Shown here piece after piece: positions 1 through 15,009 of a DNA stretch of 64,000 nucleotides. The notes under the pieces are model-generated. The model made no database searches, was not told the DNA's origin, and worked only from the letters and a program-made list of their open reading frames with translations. The stretch is taken from NCBI RefSeq assembly GCF_009914755.1, contig NC_060925.1; one strand, 5' to 3'. Source of the stretch: the human T2T-CHM13v2.0 reference genome, Homo sapiens. Position 1 is the first letter of the stretch. Each line of letters opens with the position of its first letter. The position numbers and the translations under genes were made by a program.

Positions 1-631
1 TGTCATAAATGGTGATTCTTCTTATGAATCTAAGCAAAGTAAATGGAAAACCTGAAAAGGATTCACCATTCTAGATGCCATTAAGAACATACATAATTCA
101 TTGGAGGAGGTCAGAATATCAACATTAAAGGTTGTTTGCAAGGATTAGATTCCAGCTCTCATGAATGACTTTGAGCAGTTCAAGACTTCAGTGGAAGAAG
201 TAATAGAAGAGAACTAGAATTAGAAATGGAACCTGAAAATGTGCTGCAGTCTCACAATAAAACTTGAATGGGTAAGGAGTTGCTTCTTATGGGTGAGAAA
301 ATAAACTAGTTGCTTGAGATGGAACCTACTCCTAGTGAAGATGCTGTGAACACTGGTGAAATGACAAAGGACTAAGAATATTTCATAAACTTGGTAAAGT
401 AGCAGCAGGGTTTGAAAGGATTGACTTAAATTTCAAAAGAAGTTCTGTGAGTAAAATGTTATCAAACAGTATCACATGCTACAGAGAAATTCTTCATGAG
501 AGGAAGAGTCAGTCAGTGTGTCAAACTTCATTGTTTGATTTTAAGAAATTGCCACAGCAACTGCAGGCTTCAGCAACCATGACCCTGATAGTCAGCAGCC
601 AGTAACATCAAGACAGGATCTTCCACCAGCA
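1..631 (+). mobile_element. Tigger1 DNA transposon, 3' part (left piece)
   Basis: Tigger1-like text (ccattctagatgccattaagaaca..., gagatggaacctactcctagtgaagatgctgtgaaca). Confidence 0.85.
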
Positions 632-1268
632 TGGGAATGTAAACTAGTACAACCACTATGGGAAAAAATATGTGGAAATTCCTTAATGAACTAAAAGTAG
701 AACTACCATTTGAAAATTCTAACAATCCCACTACTGGATATCTACCCAGAGGAAAAGAAGTCATACGAAAAGGATAACTTGCACACACATGTTTATAACA
801 GCACAATTTGCAATTGCAAAAATGTGGAACCAGCCCAAATGCCCATCAATCAACAAGTGAATAAGGAAACTGTAGTATATATATGTGTGTATATATATGA
901 TGGAATACTACTCAGCCATAAAAAGGAATGAGTTGATGGCATTCGCAGCAACCTGGATGGGATTGGAGACTGTTATTCCAAGTGAAGCAACTCAGGAATG
1001 GAAAACCAAACACATGTTCTCACTCATAAATGGGAGCTGAGCTATAAGGATGCAAAGGCATAAGAATGACACAAGGGACTTTGGGGACTTGGGGGCAGAA
1101 GGGTGGGAAGGAGGTGAGGGATAAAAGACTACAAATTGGGTTCGGTGTATACTACTCGGGTGATGGGTCCACCAAAATCTCACAAGTCACCACTAAAGAA
1201 CTTACTCGTGTGACCAAATACCACCTGTTCCCCAAAAACCTACGGAAATAAAAACATTTTTTAAAAAA
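632..1268 (+). mobile_element. L1PB-type 3' fragment inserted in Tigger1
   Basis: L1 ORF2 end and L1PB1-like 3' UTR; TSD gatcttccaccagca (617-631) / gatctttcgccagca (1269-1283). Confidence 0.85.
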
Positions 1269-1525
1269 GATCTTTCGCCAGCAAAAAGATTGTTAAGTCA
1301 CTGAAGACTCAGGTGATCATTCGTATTTTTAGCAATAAAATATTTTTATATTAAGGTATGTTCATTTTTAAAACAATGCTACTGCACACTTAATATAGTC
1401 ATAACTTTAGAGTACATAACATTTATATGCACTGGGAAACCAAAATATTTGTGTGACACTTTATTTCAATACTTGCTTTAGTGTGGCAGTCTGGAACTGA
1501 ACCCACAGCATCTCCAAGATATGTT
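1269..1525 (+). mobile_element. Tigger1 3' terminus (right piece)
   Basis: cagcaaaaagatt...gcactgggaaaccaaaa...ctggaactgaacccacagcatctccaagatatg resembles the Tigger1 end. Confidence 0.8.
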
Positions 1526-1630
1526 TATATTCCCTATCTGGCTAGGGAGATAGCAGTTGCACATTTTAATGAATGCTTTTTCTGCATGTCATATGATTTT
1601 TATCTTTTGTTCATGTGGCCATTAATTTAC

Positions 1631-1915
1631 TTTTTGAGACAGAGTCTCACTCCATCACCCAGGCTAGAGTGCAGTGGCATGATCTCAGCTTGCTATAGCC
1701 TCTGCCTACCAGGCTCAAGTGATTCTCGTGCCTCAGCCTCCTGAGTAGCTGGAATTATAGGTGCACGTCACACGCCCAGCTAATTTTTGTATTTTTATTA
1801 GAGACAAGGTTTTGCCATGTTGGCCAGGCCCATCTCAAACTCCTGATCTCAAGTGGTCTGCCCACCTTAGCCTCCCAAAGTGCTGGGATTACAGGCGTGA
1901 GCCACTGTGCCGGCC
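1631..1915 (-). mobile_element. Alu
   Basis: Antisense Alu dimer. Confidence 0.92.
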
Positions 1916-2949
1916 TCATGTGGTACTTTACTAGTGTTAAACGAACCTTGTCTTCCAGGAACAAACCCAGTGTGGTCACTATATATTTTACATATAATAT
2001 ACCGAGTTTGGTTTGTTACTATTTTGTTTTAGGACTTTTCCATTTATGTTAAAGACAGATTATCTAATTTTATTATCAAGTTTATTTTGCCATTATAAAA
2101 TGGGTTTGGGAATAGATTTTAAGATTTTGAATTTGATTCTTTTTTATGGCTCTACAGAAATTACTAATATTGCCTTTAATTTCCCTAAACATAATAAGCC
2201 TAGTTATTTTAAAAGTGTTATGTTGGATAATCCTCTTATCGGGATCTTCTTTTTGGAGTTGATTTTATAGTCTGTTGGTTATGGTGATGTTCAGTCAAGC
2301 TAACAGAATCTCTTCATATGTCTAGTTATTTTCGAGTGCTAAACAGTGTATATGAAATCTTGTTATTTCTCTCCAAAGAAGATTTATGATTGTGTCTGTC
2401 AGAAAGCTGGAGTCACTAGCATCTCAGATTACCCTAATGCATTTTCATGGATTGAGGTGGTTTTAAATTGGGTTTCAGACATCACAAAAGTTAATTTGTA
2501 GTTGGCCTTTACTAGAAAAGGGGGAAGGATGGACAGGTAATCACCAAAGGATTATTAGTAAAATTTACAGTTGACTTCACAGCATAAACAATGGAAGCCA
2601 GAAGACAATGGAATATTTTTTTAATTATAAATTTTTATGTAAGTAATATTGCAATAAAATATTTAGTTCTTACCAGCTCTGAGTTTATTGGAAACTCTGT
2701 TCTGTTTCTCAGCCTCTAAATCTCCTCTTCCAGAATTGGTAACGCCCTGGGAAGAAACAAACCCAACTGCCAGATTCAGCTCTCTAAGATTTCTTCCTTT
2801 CCAAGATTTTGGGCCCATGATTCATTCACCGCATTTTTGTCTCTGCGGGTCTTTGAAGAAGGTGTTTTATTTGTTCAGCTTTTCCCTAATCTATCATTAG
2901 AAGTTGAACAACTCCTGCATCTCTTTGGGGGAGAGTAAAGGGGAATGGA

Positions 2950-3085
2950 GTTCTTGCTCATTCACTCAGGCTGGAGTGCAGTGGTATGATCATAATTCAC
3001 TGCAGCCTCAAACTCCTGGCTCAATTGATCCAGTCTCAGCCTCCCAAGTAGCTGGGGCTGCAGGTACACACCACCACACCTGGCT
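2950..3085 (-). mobile_element. Alu monomer or fragment (old)
   Basis: caggctggagtgcagtggtatgatc...ccaccacacctggct. Confidence 0.75.
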
Positions 3086-4015
3086 TCCTGAATCTTTATA
3101 CATAATTAACAATTTTATGCTAAAATTGGTAATTTGATCGCCTCAGACATAATTATGTAAAATCTGTCTATTCAAAATCTGGAGTACCTGTGGGTATCTT
3201 TCTGTCAACTATATATTTGTTCTCGTTCTTGTTTTATTGTGTACCTGATTGTTCATGGAGTATTTGGTGGAAGTAATGATTTCAGAGTCATTTGAGACTT
3301 ATGATAATGTTAACTTCCTCTGGAAAGGGTTTGTGTTTGCTTAAGATACCTGGGGGCCTAGAAGGCCAGGCCTAGAAGCTGTTAAAAGCACTCTATTCAG
3401 TCATTCAGCTTCCTCTTCTGGAATTGGCAAATGATCCAGAGGAAAAACTTCCCTAAAGCTAATCTCACCGCTCTGAATTGATATATTCTCTAATCTTAAC
3501 CCATTAATTCCTTAATGCTCTATGTGATCTTAATATCCTCACGCTTTTTTATTTTCTGTGGGAAAGTTGGTCTAAATTACTTGGTCTTTTTTTCATGTGA
3601 AGTGGGTGTCATCATATAACTTTTTATAAAGCAGTCATTACTGTTAAGTTCTCAAGCCTTACTAATACAAAATTTATGAAAGGCAGCATGGGAATAGTAA
3701 AACACCGCAGGCCTGGTTACTGAACAAACCTGGGTTTAAGTCATGACTCAACTGTTTACCAATTATTAACTTACTGATTTCTGTGATTCTCAGTTGTCTC
3801 TCATACACACACAGACACACACACATCAAATCAAATCATAGAATGGCTGTAAGACTGTGGGTTAAAATATGTAAAATCCTTAACAAAAACGGGGCTTTGT
3901 ACAAGTACTTAACTGTGTGTTACCCACTACTCTCTTCTTGTACCCCCACTTCTATACCTACCCCATAATATTTATCTTGCTCAAAGTTTGAACTTCTCCT
4001 TTTTATTTCCCTCAG

Positions 4016-4140
4016 GTGATTCTAGTCACAAGATTCCTATTTCAAATTTTGAACGTGGGCATAACCAAGCAACTGTGTTACAAAACCTTTATAGATTTAT
4101 TCATCCCAACCCAGGGAACTGGCCACCTATCTACTGCAAG
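4016..4140 (+). CDS. MAEL: MAEL internal coding exon (exon 6 by inference), MAEL domain
   Basis: ttccctcag|GT GAT TCT... translates DSSHKIPISNFERGHNQATVLQNLYRFIHPNPGNWPPIYCK|gtaatt; 125 bp, phase 1 to 0; peptide recognised as human maelstrom. Confidence 0.96.
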
Positions 4141-4911
4141 GTAATTTCAGGTTAAGAAGTTCTTTTAAGGTATCAATTTATAGTACCAAAAGATCCATAA
4201 AACAAAGAATTTTTGCCTGTGTATTTTTGTCTGTATATTGTGTGTCTTAAAACACACTCATTTTGAATTGTTTTGAATGTAATTAGGTATAGTGCCTATT
4301 TTAAAAATGTCTCCAATTTTGGAGGGATTTTGAAGACTGCAAAAGCTAAACATATATCTATTTTGGTAGAGTTCATGTTCTCTGAGTTCTTCTTTCTGAA
4401 ATATCTACAGTATCTTTTTACCCTTAAGAATGGATGCTCCATTCTATTCCGTACACCTATCTTTCGAAACAAGAATACCTTTTCTTCAAAACTGTCTTTG
4501 TAGCAATCCCTTCCTTCTTTGTTTGTAATATTTAGAGAGATTATATTCTTCCAGGCTTGGAGTTGAAAAGTTGGGTTTTAACCTTGCTACTTAGTATAAC
4601 CGTGAAGTGATTATCTGATCTTTTTCTGAACATTGGTTTCTTCATTTGCATACCCTAGGTCTCTCTTGCTTCTCATAAAGTATCTTAACATTTCTGTATA
4701 AATGTAACTGACTAATAATAGCTGTAGTCTTTTCTAATATATGTCAATTTTTTATAGTTTTCATTTCATTGGCACAAACTCCTCAGTCTTTCTCCTGTGC
4801 CCCCTACCTCCCAACCCCCACATTTTGAAAGGACAGCATTAGAAGTCATTCAAAGTAGGAGAAGATACAAGTAGTTTTTTTGTTTTGTTTTTTGTTTTTT
4901 GCTTTCTCCAG

Positions 4912-4966
4912 TCTGATGATAGAACCAGAGTCAACTGGTGTTTGAAGCATATGGCAAAGGCATCAG
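4912..4966 (+). CDS. MAEL: MAEL exon 7
   Basis: Long poly-T tract and ctccag| then SDDRTRVNWCLKHMAKAS-G|gtaagt; 55 bp, phase 0 to 1. Confidence 0.96.
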
Positions 4967-5091
4967 GTAAGTAAAACTCTGGGTTGCTGCAGAAGTGCTT
5001 TATAGTTAATATCTGTATTTGTTTCCACTTTGATATCTTCCAGGTATCTAAATTTACTAATTGTATGTGTTTTTCCATTTACTAATGGAAG

Positions 5092-5233
5092 AAATCAGGC
5101 AAGATCTACAACTTCTCACTGTAGAGGACCTTGTAGTGGGGATCTACCAACAAAAATTTCTCAAGGAGCCCTCTAAGACTTGGATTCGAAGCCTCCTAGA
5201 TGTGGCCATGTGGGATTATTCTAGCAACACAAG
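5092..5233 (+). CDS. MAEL: MAEL exon 8
   Basis: ggaag|AA ATC AGG: (E)IRQDLQLLTVEDLVVGIYQQKFLKEPSKTWIRSLLDVAMWDYSSNT-AG|gtattg; 142 bp, phase 1 to 2; overlaps ORF 5061..5243. Confidence 0.94.
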
Positions 5234-5794
5234 GTATTGCTAGCATTTTTGTTTTAGAGTCATTTTGACTTATTTTCTAGACTGAGAAAATATGGTAGGA
5301 CTATTTTTGCCTTTTTATGCAATATTTTCCCATGAAAGCTTGGAATCATTGTATTTCCCTGAATATAAAATTTCATTGATAGTAAGATATATTGTTACTT
5401 GTGTATCACTAAAAACAAACCTGCCAAATAAACTGTTCTTTCTTATCACTTAGAATTTCTATACTGATGAGAGAATATCCCTAAATTTATTTAGACAGAT
5501 TTTTATTACATAGAACTCTTGTACTTACATGTAAAAGAATATATAAGTGAAATAAATTGGCAAAAGTATTTTTTATTTTGAGATAATTTTAGACTTACAG
5601 AAAAGTTGCAAAAATAACACAAAGTTTACTATTCTCTGTTTCCTTAATTGCTAACATTTTAATACATTTTCTTTATAATTTTGTTTCTAAATATATATAC
5701 ACTTTTTCAAAACCACTTGAGGGTAAGTTGCTATCATTATGCCTCTTTATACCTAAATACTTCAATATGTGTTTCCTAAGAATAAGAATGTTTA

Positions 5795-5915
5795 GTCTAC
5801 GGCCATAGCACCCTGAACACACCTGATCTTGTCTGATCTCACAAGCTAAGCAGGGATTGGCCTGGTTAGTACTTAGATGAGAGACTGCCTGGGAATACTG
5901 GGTGCTGTAGGCTTT
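5795..5915 (+). pseudogene. 5S rRNA retropseudogene in MAEL intron 8
   Basis: gtctacggccatagcaccctgaac...gggaatactgggtgctgtaggcttt is collinear with the 121-nt human 5S rRNA; differences are largely CpG transitions. Confidence 0.95.
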
Positions 5916-6394
5916 TACTGTGTGAGTGCGTGCGTGTGTGTGTGTGTATAGAACATTTATATTACCATAGTGTAATGATCAAAATCAGGAATGTTGAATA
6001 TAGGACACAATACTATTATCTAATCCGAAGACCATATTCATATTGTATTAGTTATTCCACTGTGTCTTTTACAGCCAAAAAAATTCTAGAGTCCAGTCCA
6101 AGACCACATGTTGCACTTAGTTATTATATCTCTTTAATCTGGAACAGTTCTTCAGTCTTATTTTCACTTTCATGATCTGGACATTTTTGAGTACAGGCCA
6201 GTTACTTTATAGAATGTTTCTCACTTTTAGTTGATCTGTATTTCCTCATGGTTAAATTGAGATTATGCATTTTTGGCAGGAATACCACAGAAGGGATTAT
6301 GTGACTGACTGCTCAGTGTGTCATATCTGGAGGTATATGATGTCAGTTTGTCCAATTACTGATGATGATAACTTTGATCACTTGTTTAATATAG

Positions 6395-6781
<387 letters not shown>

Positions 6782-7389
6782 TAATTAATAAATATTTTGT
6801 GGGGAAATACTTTCAAATTGGGTAGGTATTCTCTTCCTCAAACTTTCATATACAAATTTTAGTATCAAGTGCTGATTTTTGCCTGAGTCAATTATTACTA
6901 TCATTGTGAAAGGTGATTTTTCTAATTTGATTGTTCCTTCTGCATTTATTGGTTGGCATTCCACTGTAAAAAAAAAAAAAGTTTCTCCTTTTTACCCATT
7001 TATTTATTTTTTTCATTTATATGAGCATGGACTCATGGATTCCTATTCAGTACATTTTAATCTATTATTGTAATTTATTTTTATGATCAAATTGTTCCAT
7101 ATATGGCCAGTGGGAGTACCTTCAAGCAGGGGTTTGTGTGTCCTTTTGACATTGCTTCATTGCTTTCTATCTAACAGTGCTTCTTTGCTTTCTATTTGGC
7201 ACAATATGTTCCAGGCCTATCTTGTACTTTCTTTGTTCCAGCCCTGGATTAGCCATTTCTCCCAAGAATCTCTGGTTTCTTTTAGTGGAGCATAACAGTT
7301 AGGAGATAGAATCTGGGTGGTAGGTGTGCTCATTTCTTACTAGAGTATCATTGATTCTAGATCCCCTTAGTAGAGAGCTAGGAAATATA

Positions 7390-7393
<4 letters not shown>

Positions 7394-7434
<41 letters not shown>
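7394..7434. repeat. (TG)n microsatellite
   Basis: About 20 TG units. Confidence 0.95.
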
Positions 7435-7438
<4 letters not shown>

Positions 7439-9826
7439 ACACACACACTCCATATACATCTGTTTGTAGCTAGGTCTCTCAATCTTTTTATCCATCTCTA
7501 TCTTATCATGAGTTCACACTTAACCTGTAATTTCAATCCAATACCATAGAGTTCTCTAGTTTTTTTACTTTTTAAAAAATTTCCTTTCTCTGAGAATGAG
7601 AACCCTGGCTGTCAGTATTTTTTAGAATTATATGGTACCACTATTTTTAAAAAAAGACATACAACTGTTTAGAGTTTGTTTATAATCGCTTTTAGTCTGA
7701 AAGTATATAGTCAAAATACTTTGTTCAGAAGTTATTTAGGTTCTTTTTTCCCCTTTCAGTACAAATTACTCTTTTGAAATATATTAATAGTTAAGTTCGT
7801 TTGCTTGTTTGTATTCCATTTTTGCTAATTTAGCTTTTGAATGTCTAAAGCATTTCCGTTTTGTAAACAAAAATAATATTCAGAAGTGTCACTTTATTCT
7901 AGCTTCATTAAAAAAAGCTTGTTAGGATTGCATTAAATTTATAAATTAACTTGGGGATAACTGAAATATTTATATTGTTGAGTTGTTTCCAAAGACTAGG
8001 GACATCTTTCCATTGTTCAAATCTACTTTTGTGTCTTTCAAATATGTTTTAAAATTTTTCTCACACAGATTGTGCATCTCTGGGACTGGCGCATTTTTGT
8101 AGGAGCAGTTCCTTGATAACTTTTTCTGTTCTTCTATGGAAATTGGTTTTATTAGGCTTTCTAATTTTAATGGGGTAAATTTTGGTAATCTGTATGTTTC
8201 TAGAAAATGATACATGTTATATAGCTTTTCAAAGTTATTTGTTTAAAGATCTGCAAGGAAGTGTGGTCTCTTAAAATTTTTTTAAATTTCATCTGTTTCA
8301 ATGGTTATCTTGTCATTGTATATTTGTGCTCTCTCATTTTTTTGTAAGCAAATGTGTTGTCTTTTTTAATTTTTCAAAACAATAGGATTTTAATTTATTA
8401 GACCTGTTTTTCTATTCTCTTCCTAATTAATTTTTGCTGTTACTCTCTTTGTATGTTGTTGTTCTTTTTCTAGTTTTGGGGGCTGGAAATGTAATTTATC
8501 TTTTGCCTGATTTTTTTGATGTGTTTAGTAGAGTGAATTTTCTCTTAATCATTGTTTTCAATGAATTTACGTAGATTATTGCATGCAATATTTTCATTGC
8601 CATTTTAAATAAATTATGTCATTTTAACTCTCAGCCACCATCTCTTTAAAACAAGGCTTTTAAATGTCCAGGTGAAAAGGACTTTCTGCATTTTGTTTCT
8701 TTTAGTAAATTCCAGTGTTTTTACATTGTGATCAGAAAGTGTTTATAATATTTTTACTTTATGGAAGTTACTGGTCTTTGGGGTTTTTTTGCTGACTTAA
8801 TATATAATCAATTTTTGTGACTGTTCTCTTGGCATATGAGAATATACTTTCTTTTCAGGATATAGCATTTGAGATCCACACACATACATCATCTACATTA
8901 ATTGTATTGTTTACATTTTCTTTAGGTATATTTTATCCAGTTGATATGTCTTGTGTTGACAGTAATCTCCTATTATTACTGTGTTTCTGTCTGTGTTTCA
9001 TTGCATTTCCTGTAGTTGTAAGCTGGCTGCTGTGATATTTGATGCCTTAAAAGTTAAAGTTTGCTGAACCTTGATACAGTAAATTGATCAGGGGCTCATG
9101 GAAGAGTATTCCCTGTGTTCTTGCATGTTTAAAACTTTTTCTAATGGTGTACACCATATTTCCTTGAGTTTCTAGAAAATGCAACTTCATTTCATGGCTT
9201 TGTGTGTTCCTTTTGTGAAATTTGGTCAGTTAATTTTCTTGGCCTTAGTTATCTGATCTTTTTGACTGGAGTTAGTTGATCATTTTGCCTGGAGACTTTA
9301 GTCTTTTTTCATTTTTAAAGTCTAATACTGTTACTAGGCTATTTCTCTGAGTTTATATGCAGGTCCATTTTCTAAGACATTTGGTGAGCCCTTTCAATAT
9401 GCAGAATCAGGTTCTATTTCTGGAGATTTTTTTTTTTTTTAGATCATAGTTTAATGTTAGTTTTGTTCCACTGTCTAATGTTTCTTCTTAAAAGGAGTCC
9501 AATATATATGTATGTTTGATCTTCTTTGCCTTTCATTTTAATCACTTTTTCTGACCCTTTTTACTTTGTTTATTCTCATGATAGTTTCTGCTTTCTTCAG
9601 TTTCTCTTATTAACTTTACAAATGAATCTGTTCAGCCTTGGGCAGTTGGTAATTTAGTTCTTTTCTGTAATGTTTTTGTCTTTTTTTTCCCCTCTCTTTC
9701 TTGAGTTAAGTAATTTCTTCATTTTTTGTTTATTTCTGTTTCTAGTTTTGAAGTTTCTCATTCAGGGTGTGTTTTTATATTCTCACATTCTTTTTGAGGA
9801 TATTTAATTTAACATGGAATGGTAAT

Positions 9827-10181
9827 TGATATACTTTGGCTCTATGTCCCCACCCAAATCTCACCTCGAATTGTAATCCCTATGACCCCCATGTGTCAAG
9901 GGTTGGACCAGGTGGAGGTAACTGGATCATGGCGGTTCCCCCATGCTGTTCTCATGAGATCTGATGGATTTAATAAGCATCTGGCATTTCCCCTGTTTGC
10001 ACTCATTCCATTCTGCTGCCTTGTGAAGAAGGTGGCTGCTTCTCCTTTGCCTTTCCCATGATTATAAATTTCCTGAGGCCTCCCCACCAATGCAAATCTG
10101 TGAGTCAGTTAAACCTCTTTCCTTTATAAATTACCCAGTCTCAAATATTACTTCACAGCAGTGTGAGAACAGACTAATACA
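9827..10181 (+). mobile_element. MaLR solo LTR (THE1/MSTA-like)
   Basis: tgatatactttggctct...cagactaataca; exact 5-bp TSD GTAAT at 9822-9826 and 10182-10186. Confidence 0.9.
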
Positions 10182-10274
10182 GTAATGTTAGGTTTTTCCC
10201 CTCCTTCATGTTTTTTTGGGGGGTGGGGGTATGAGAAATTATCAGCTAAAGTGTTTTGATTCTCCTTTTCTGTT

Positions 10275-10583
10275 TTCTTTTCTTTTCTTTTCTTTTTTTT
10301 AAAGAGAGTCTTGCTCTGTCACCCCAGCCGGAATACAGTGACACAATCATAGCTCACTGCAGCCTGGAACTCCTAGAGTCAAGCAGTCCTCATGCCTCAG
10401 TCTCCTGAGTAGCTGGTACTACAGGCATGTGCCACCATGCGTACCTAGTTATTTTTCATTTGTCGTGGAGACAGAGTCTTGCTGTGTTGCCCAGGCTGGT
10501 GTCGAACTTCTGGCCTCAAGTGATCTTCCTGCCTCAGCCTTCCAAATTGCTGGGATTACAGGTGCAAGCCATTATGCCTGGCT
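10275..10583 (-). mobile_element. Alu (J-type)
   Basis: Diverged antisense dimer. Confidence 0.88.
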
Positions 10584-12289
10584 ATTTTGTTCTTATAATA
10601 GCTTGTTTTCTTCCCATAATAGCTTTCTGTAGATGAAGATACATTGCTCCTTTGCGTTTCTTGGACAAGGCTGATAATTTAGCGGGAGGTTTGATTGAGA
10701 GTCTTTTTTCCAAGAACCTTCCTCTCTGTCAATGTGACAAAGTACAGGTTCTTTAATGAATGTTTTCAGGGTGGTGGGAGTGTGGTTGTAGGTTCTTAGA
10801 ATTTTATTTCCTGCATGATCTTAAATTTCCCCCTTTGCTTTTTTTTTTCTACCTAATTTCTAAAGGGCCCTTCCCCCTTCCTCTTTCACTTAGCATGGCA
10901 CTTGCCTATAGTCAGTGCTCTGATCTACTAGGACTGTTTGAATATTTACGTAAAGAATGGGCTTCCTCATTGTAAGAATGATTTTAATTTAATCTTAGGC
11001 TCTCCATTTTCTTTCTTCCTTCCCCAAGTTTTTTCTGGACTCTACTGCATATAAAGGTTGGGGTAGGAGATTGAGAAATTGCTCCATTGGAAATTACAGT
11101 TTTCATTTTTCTATTTATAGACAACTGAGTTTTGTAGTGTTCTTCTAGTTATGCTGTAGGTGTAGATTTTGTTTTCCCCACGTTTGTTGTTGTTGTTCTT
11201 GTTAATCTGTAAAGCTTATGGATGATGTGTTAAGATATTTGGATTTATGTACCATTACCTCAGTTACAGGCTGAAGTATTTCTAAAATTTCACATTGAGT
11301 CATTCATTGTCCATGTTTTTATACATTATTGTCCTCTGTGCCATTAAGAGTGTTGGCGATACAGCATTTCTTAAAAAAGAACTCCACTGTTGTCTCTGGG
11401 GTTTTCTTCTAAGCATATCCTTTCTGCAAGTTTTGATGCCAGTTCTTTCTTGATCTTTTCAGAAGAGGTCAAAAGAAAGTTTTCAGGGACAAACTAATAT
11501 GTCCTCAAATAATCTTTAAATGGTTTATTGACTAAAATGTTGAAGGATTGCAAATGTCTGGTTACCATCAAGATTAATAATTAAATTTGTACATGGTTAG
11601 GCAATGGCAACTATTTCTAGACTGTCAAATAGACATTGTGCAATACCTTCAATTGTAAGATGCATTCTAATTTTGGTTAAAATGTCAAGAAAATGTGTTT
11701 TATAATTGAAGAAATACAGTGTTGAGTTCAGCAGAGTAGCTATACTCTACAACAAGACTAGAGTAGCTCTAGTTTGAGACATTATTTGAGGTCCATGCCG
11801 TGGGATTTTGTTAAAGGTAAAACTCTTACATAGTACTGTAGGCACTTTACTAAACTTCTTTGGACAGGATGGATCTACTTTTTATTGAGCTTCATAACAT
11901 AATAAGATTCAAATGTATGATATTTTACAAGGGAGTTTGGATTGTAGTATACAATAGAAACTGTTAGAATCTGTTAATATAAGCAAATGAAACTTATTCC
12001 AACCACTGCTCTTAAATGCTTACTAAAAGACCTTAAAGTTTGTAATAAATTTGTGATAAATGTTTTGTCTAGTTCTAAGAGAAATGGGTAGATTTTGTAT
12101 TGGTGAAATTGAGTACAGTTAGGCAAATTGAATATTAGAATCTTAAGTAAACAGTCTGTTGATAACATGCATTTTGGAGGCTAGAATATTTATAATTTTT
12201 ATAGGTCCCCTAGTCTCCTGATGCTTCTTGTCATAATTCTTCTTGGACTAATTCACTGTCTATGATCAGCTGACTAAACATGGCAGCCT

Positions 12290-13200
12290 TTATTTAATCA
12301 ACAAATATTTATTGAGCACCTCCTCTGTGCCAGAAGATGATCCAAAGGTGAGCAGAATTAATGTGGTCCCTGCCTTCAAGAAGCTAACAGTTAAGTAGGA
12401 AAGAAACATACAGTACATAATAAAGAAAATGGTAATTTTAGCTTTTGATAAGTGCTAAGAAGAAAATCAACAAGACACTCTGACAGAGAAGAATGTATAG
12501 AAAAGTAGACCACTTTATAGAATGGTCAAGAAGAATTTGAGGGTGTGACATTAGAACCGAAGTGGGAGAAAGATGCAGCCATGCAAAAAATGGTAAGAAG
12601 AGCACCCTGGACAGAGATAGAAAAGCCTTGAGGTAAAGGCTTGGTGTTTGCTAGAAATTGTTAGACAATCAGTGTGACTGGGGAGTAATGAGTGAAGAGG
12701 AGAATGCACAAGATGAGGTTGAAGCAGTTGGGGGTCATAAACCATTAGAAAAAGTTTTAAACGTGCAAGAACACAGGGAGAGATGGAAAGGAATAGGTTG
12801 ATTTAAGATAGGTTAAAGTCAGTAGACCTTGCTGATGGACTGGACCCAGGGAGAGAAAACAGAAAGAAATAATGAAAGATGACACCCAGGTTTCTGGTGT
12901 ATACTATTGGATAGATGAGGAGGAGAGGAGCAAGGTTACAGTGTTCTGAGGTCCTGGTGAGGCATCACATCTGGAGATAGCAGGCAAGCAACTGTCGTCC
13001 TGCTAGAGCTCAGTGAAGCGGTTTGGGTAGTGTCAGCATTCTTTTCACTATGTGCTGGGCACTGAAGATACAGTACAGGAAGACAAGTCTTCTGCCTTGA
13101 TGGACCTCACAGCACGTAGATGAGATCACCTCGGCAAACAGCAGAAAGAGAAGAGGACTCGGCACAAGCCCTGACGAGCTCTGACAAGTTAAAATGTGGG
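12290..13200. mobile_element. L2 fragments
   Basis: atttaatcaacaaatatttattgagcacct L2 end motif followed by purine-rich L2-like body. Confidence 0.65.
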
Positions 13201-13367
13201 CAGAGGCTTTTCAAAGTCTCAGTACCTCTCAGCCTGTAAGTGTTCCTATGTTATACAAATCATCATAGCCATCATCAGTGTCGATGAGGGTTGAAGACAT
13301 GAGAAAAACTGGGATTCTGGATGTAATAATTTCATAAATCTCTGTGAAGTATTTGGTCTTCTTTACC

Positions 13368-15009
<1,642 letters not shown>

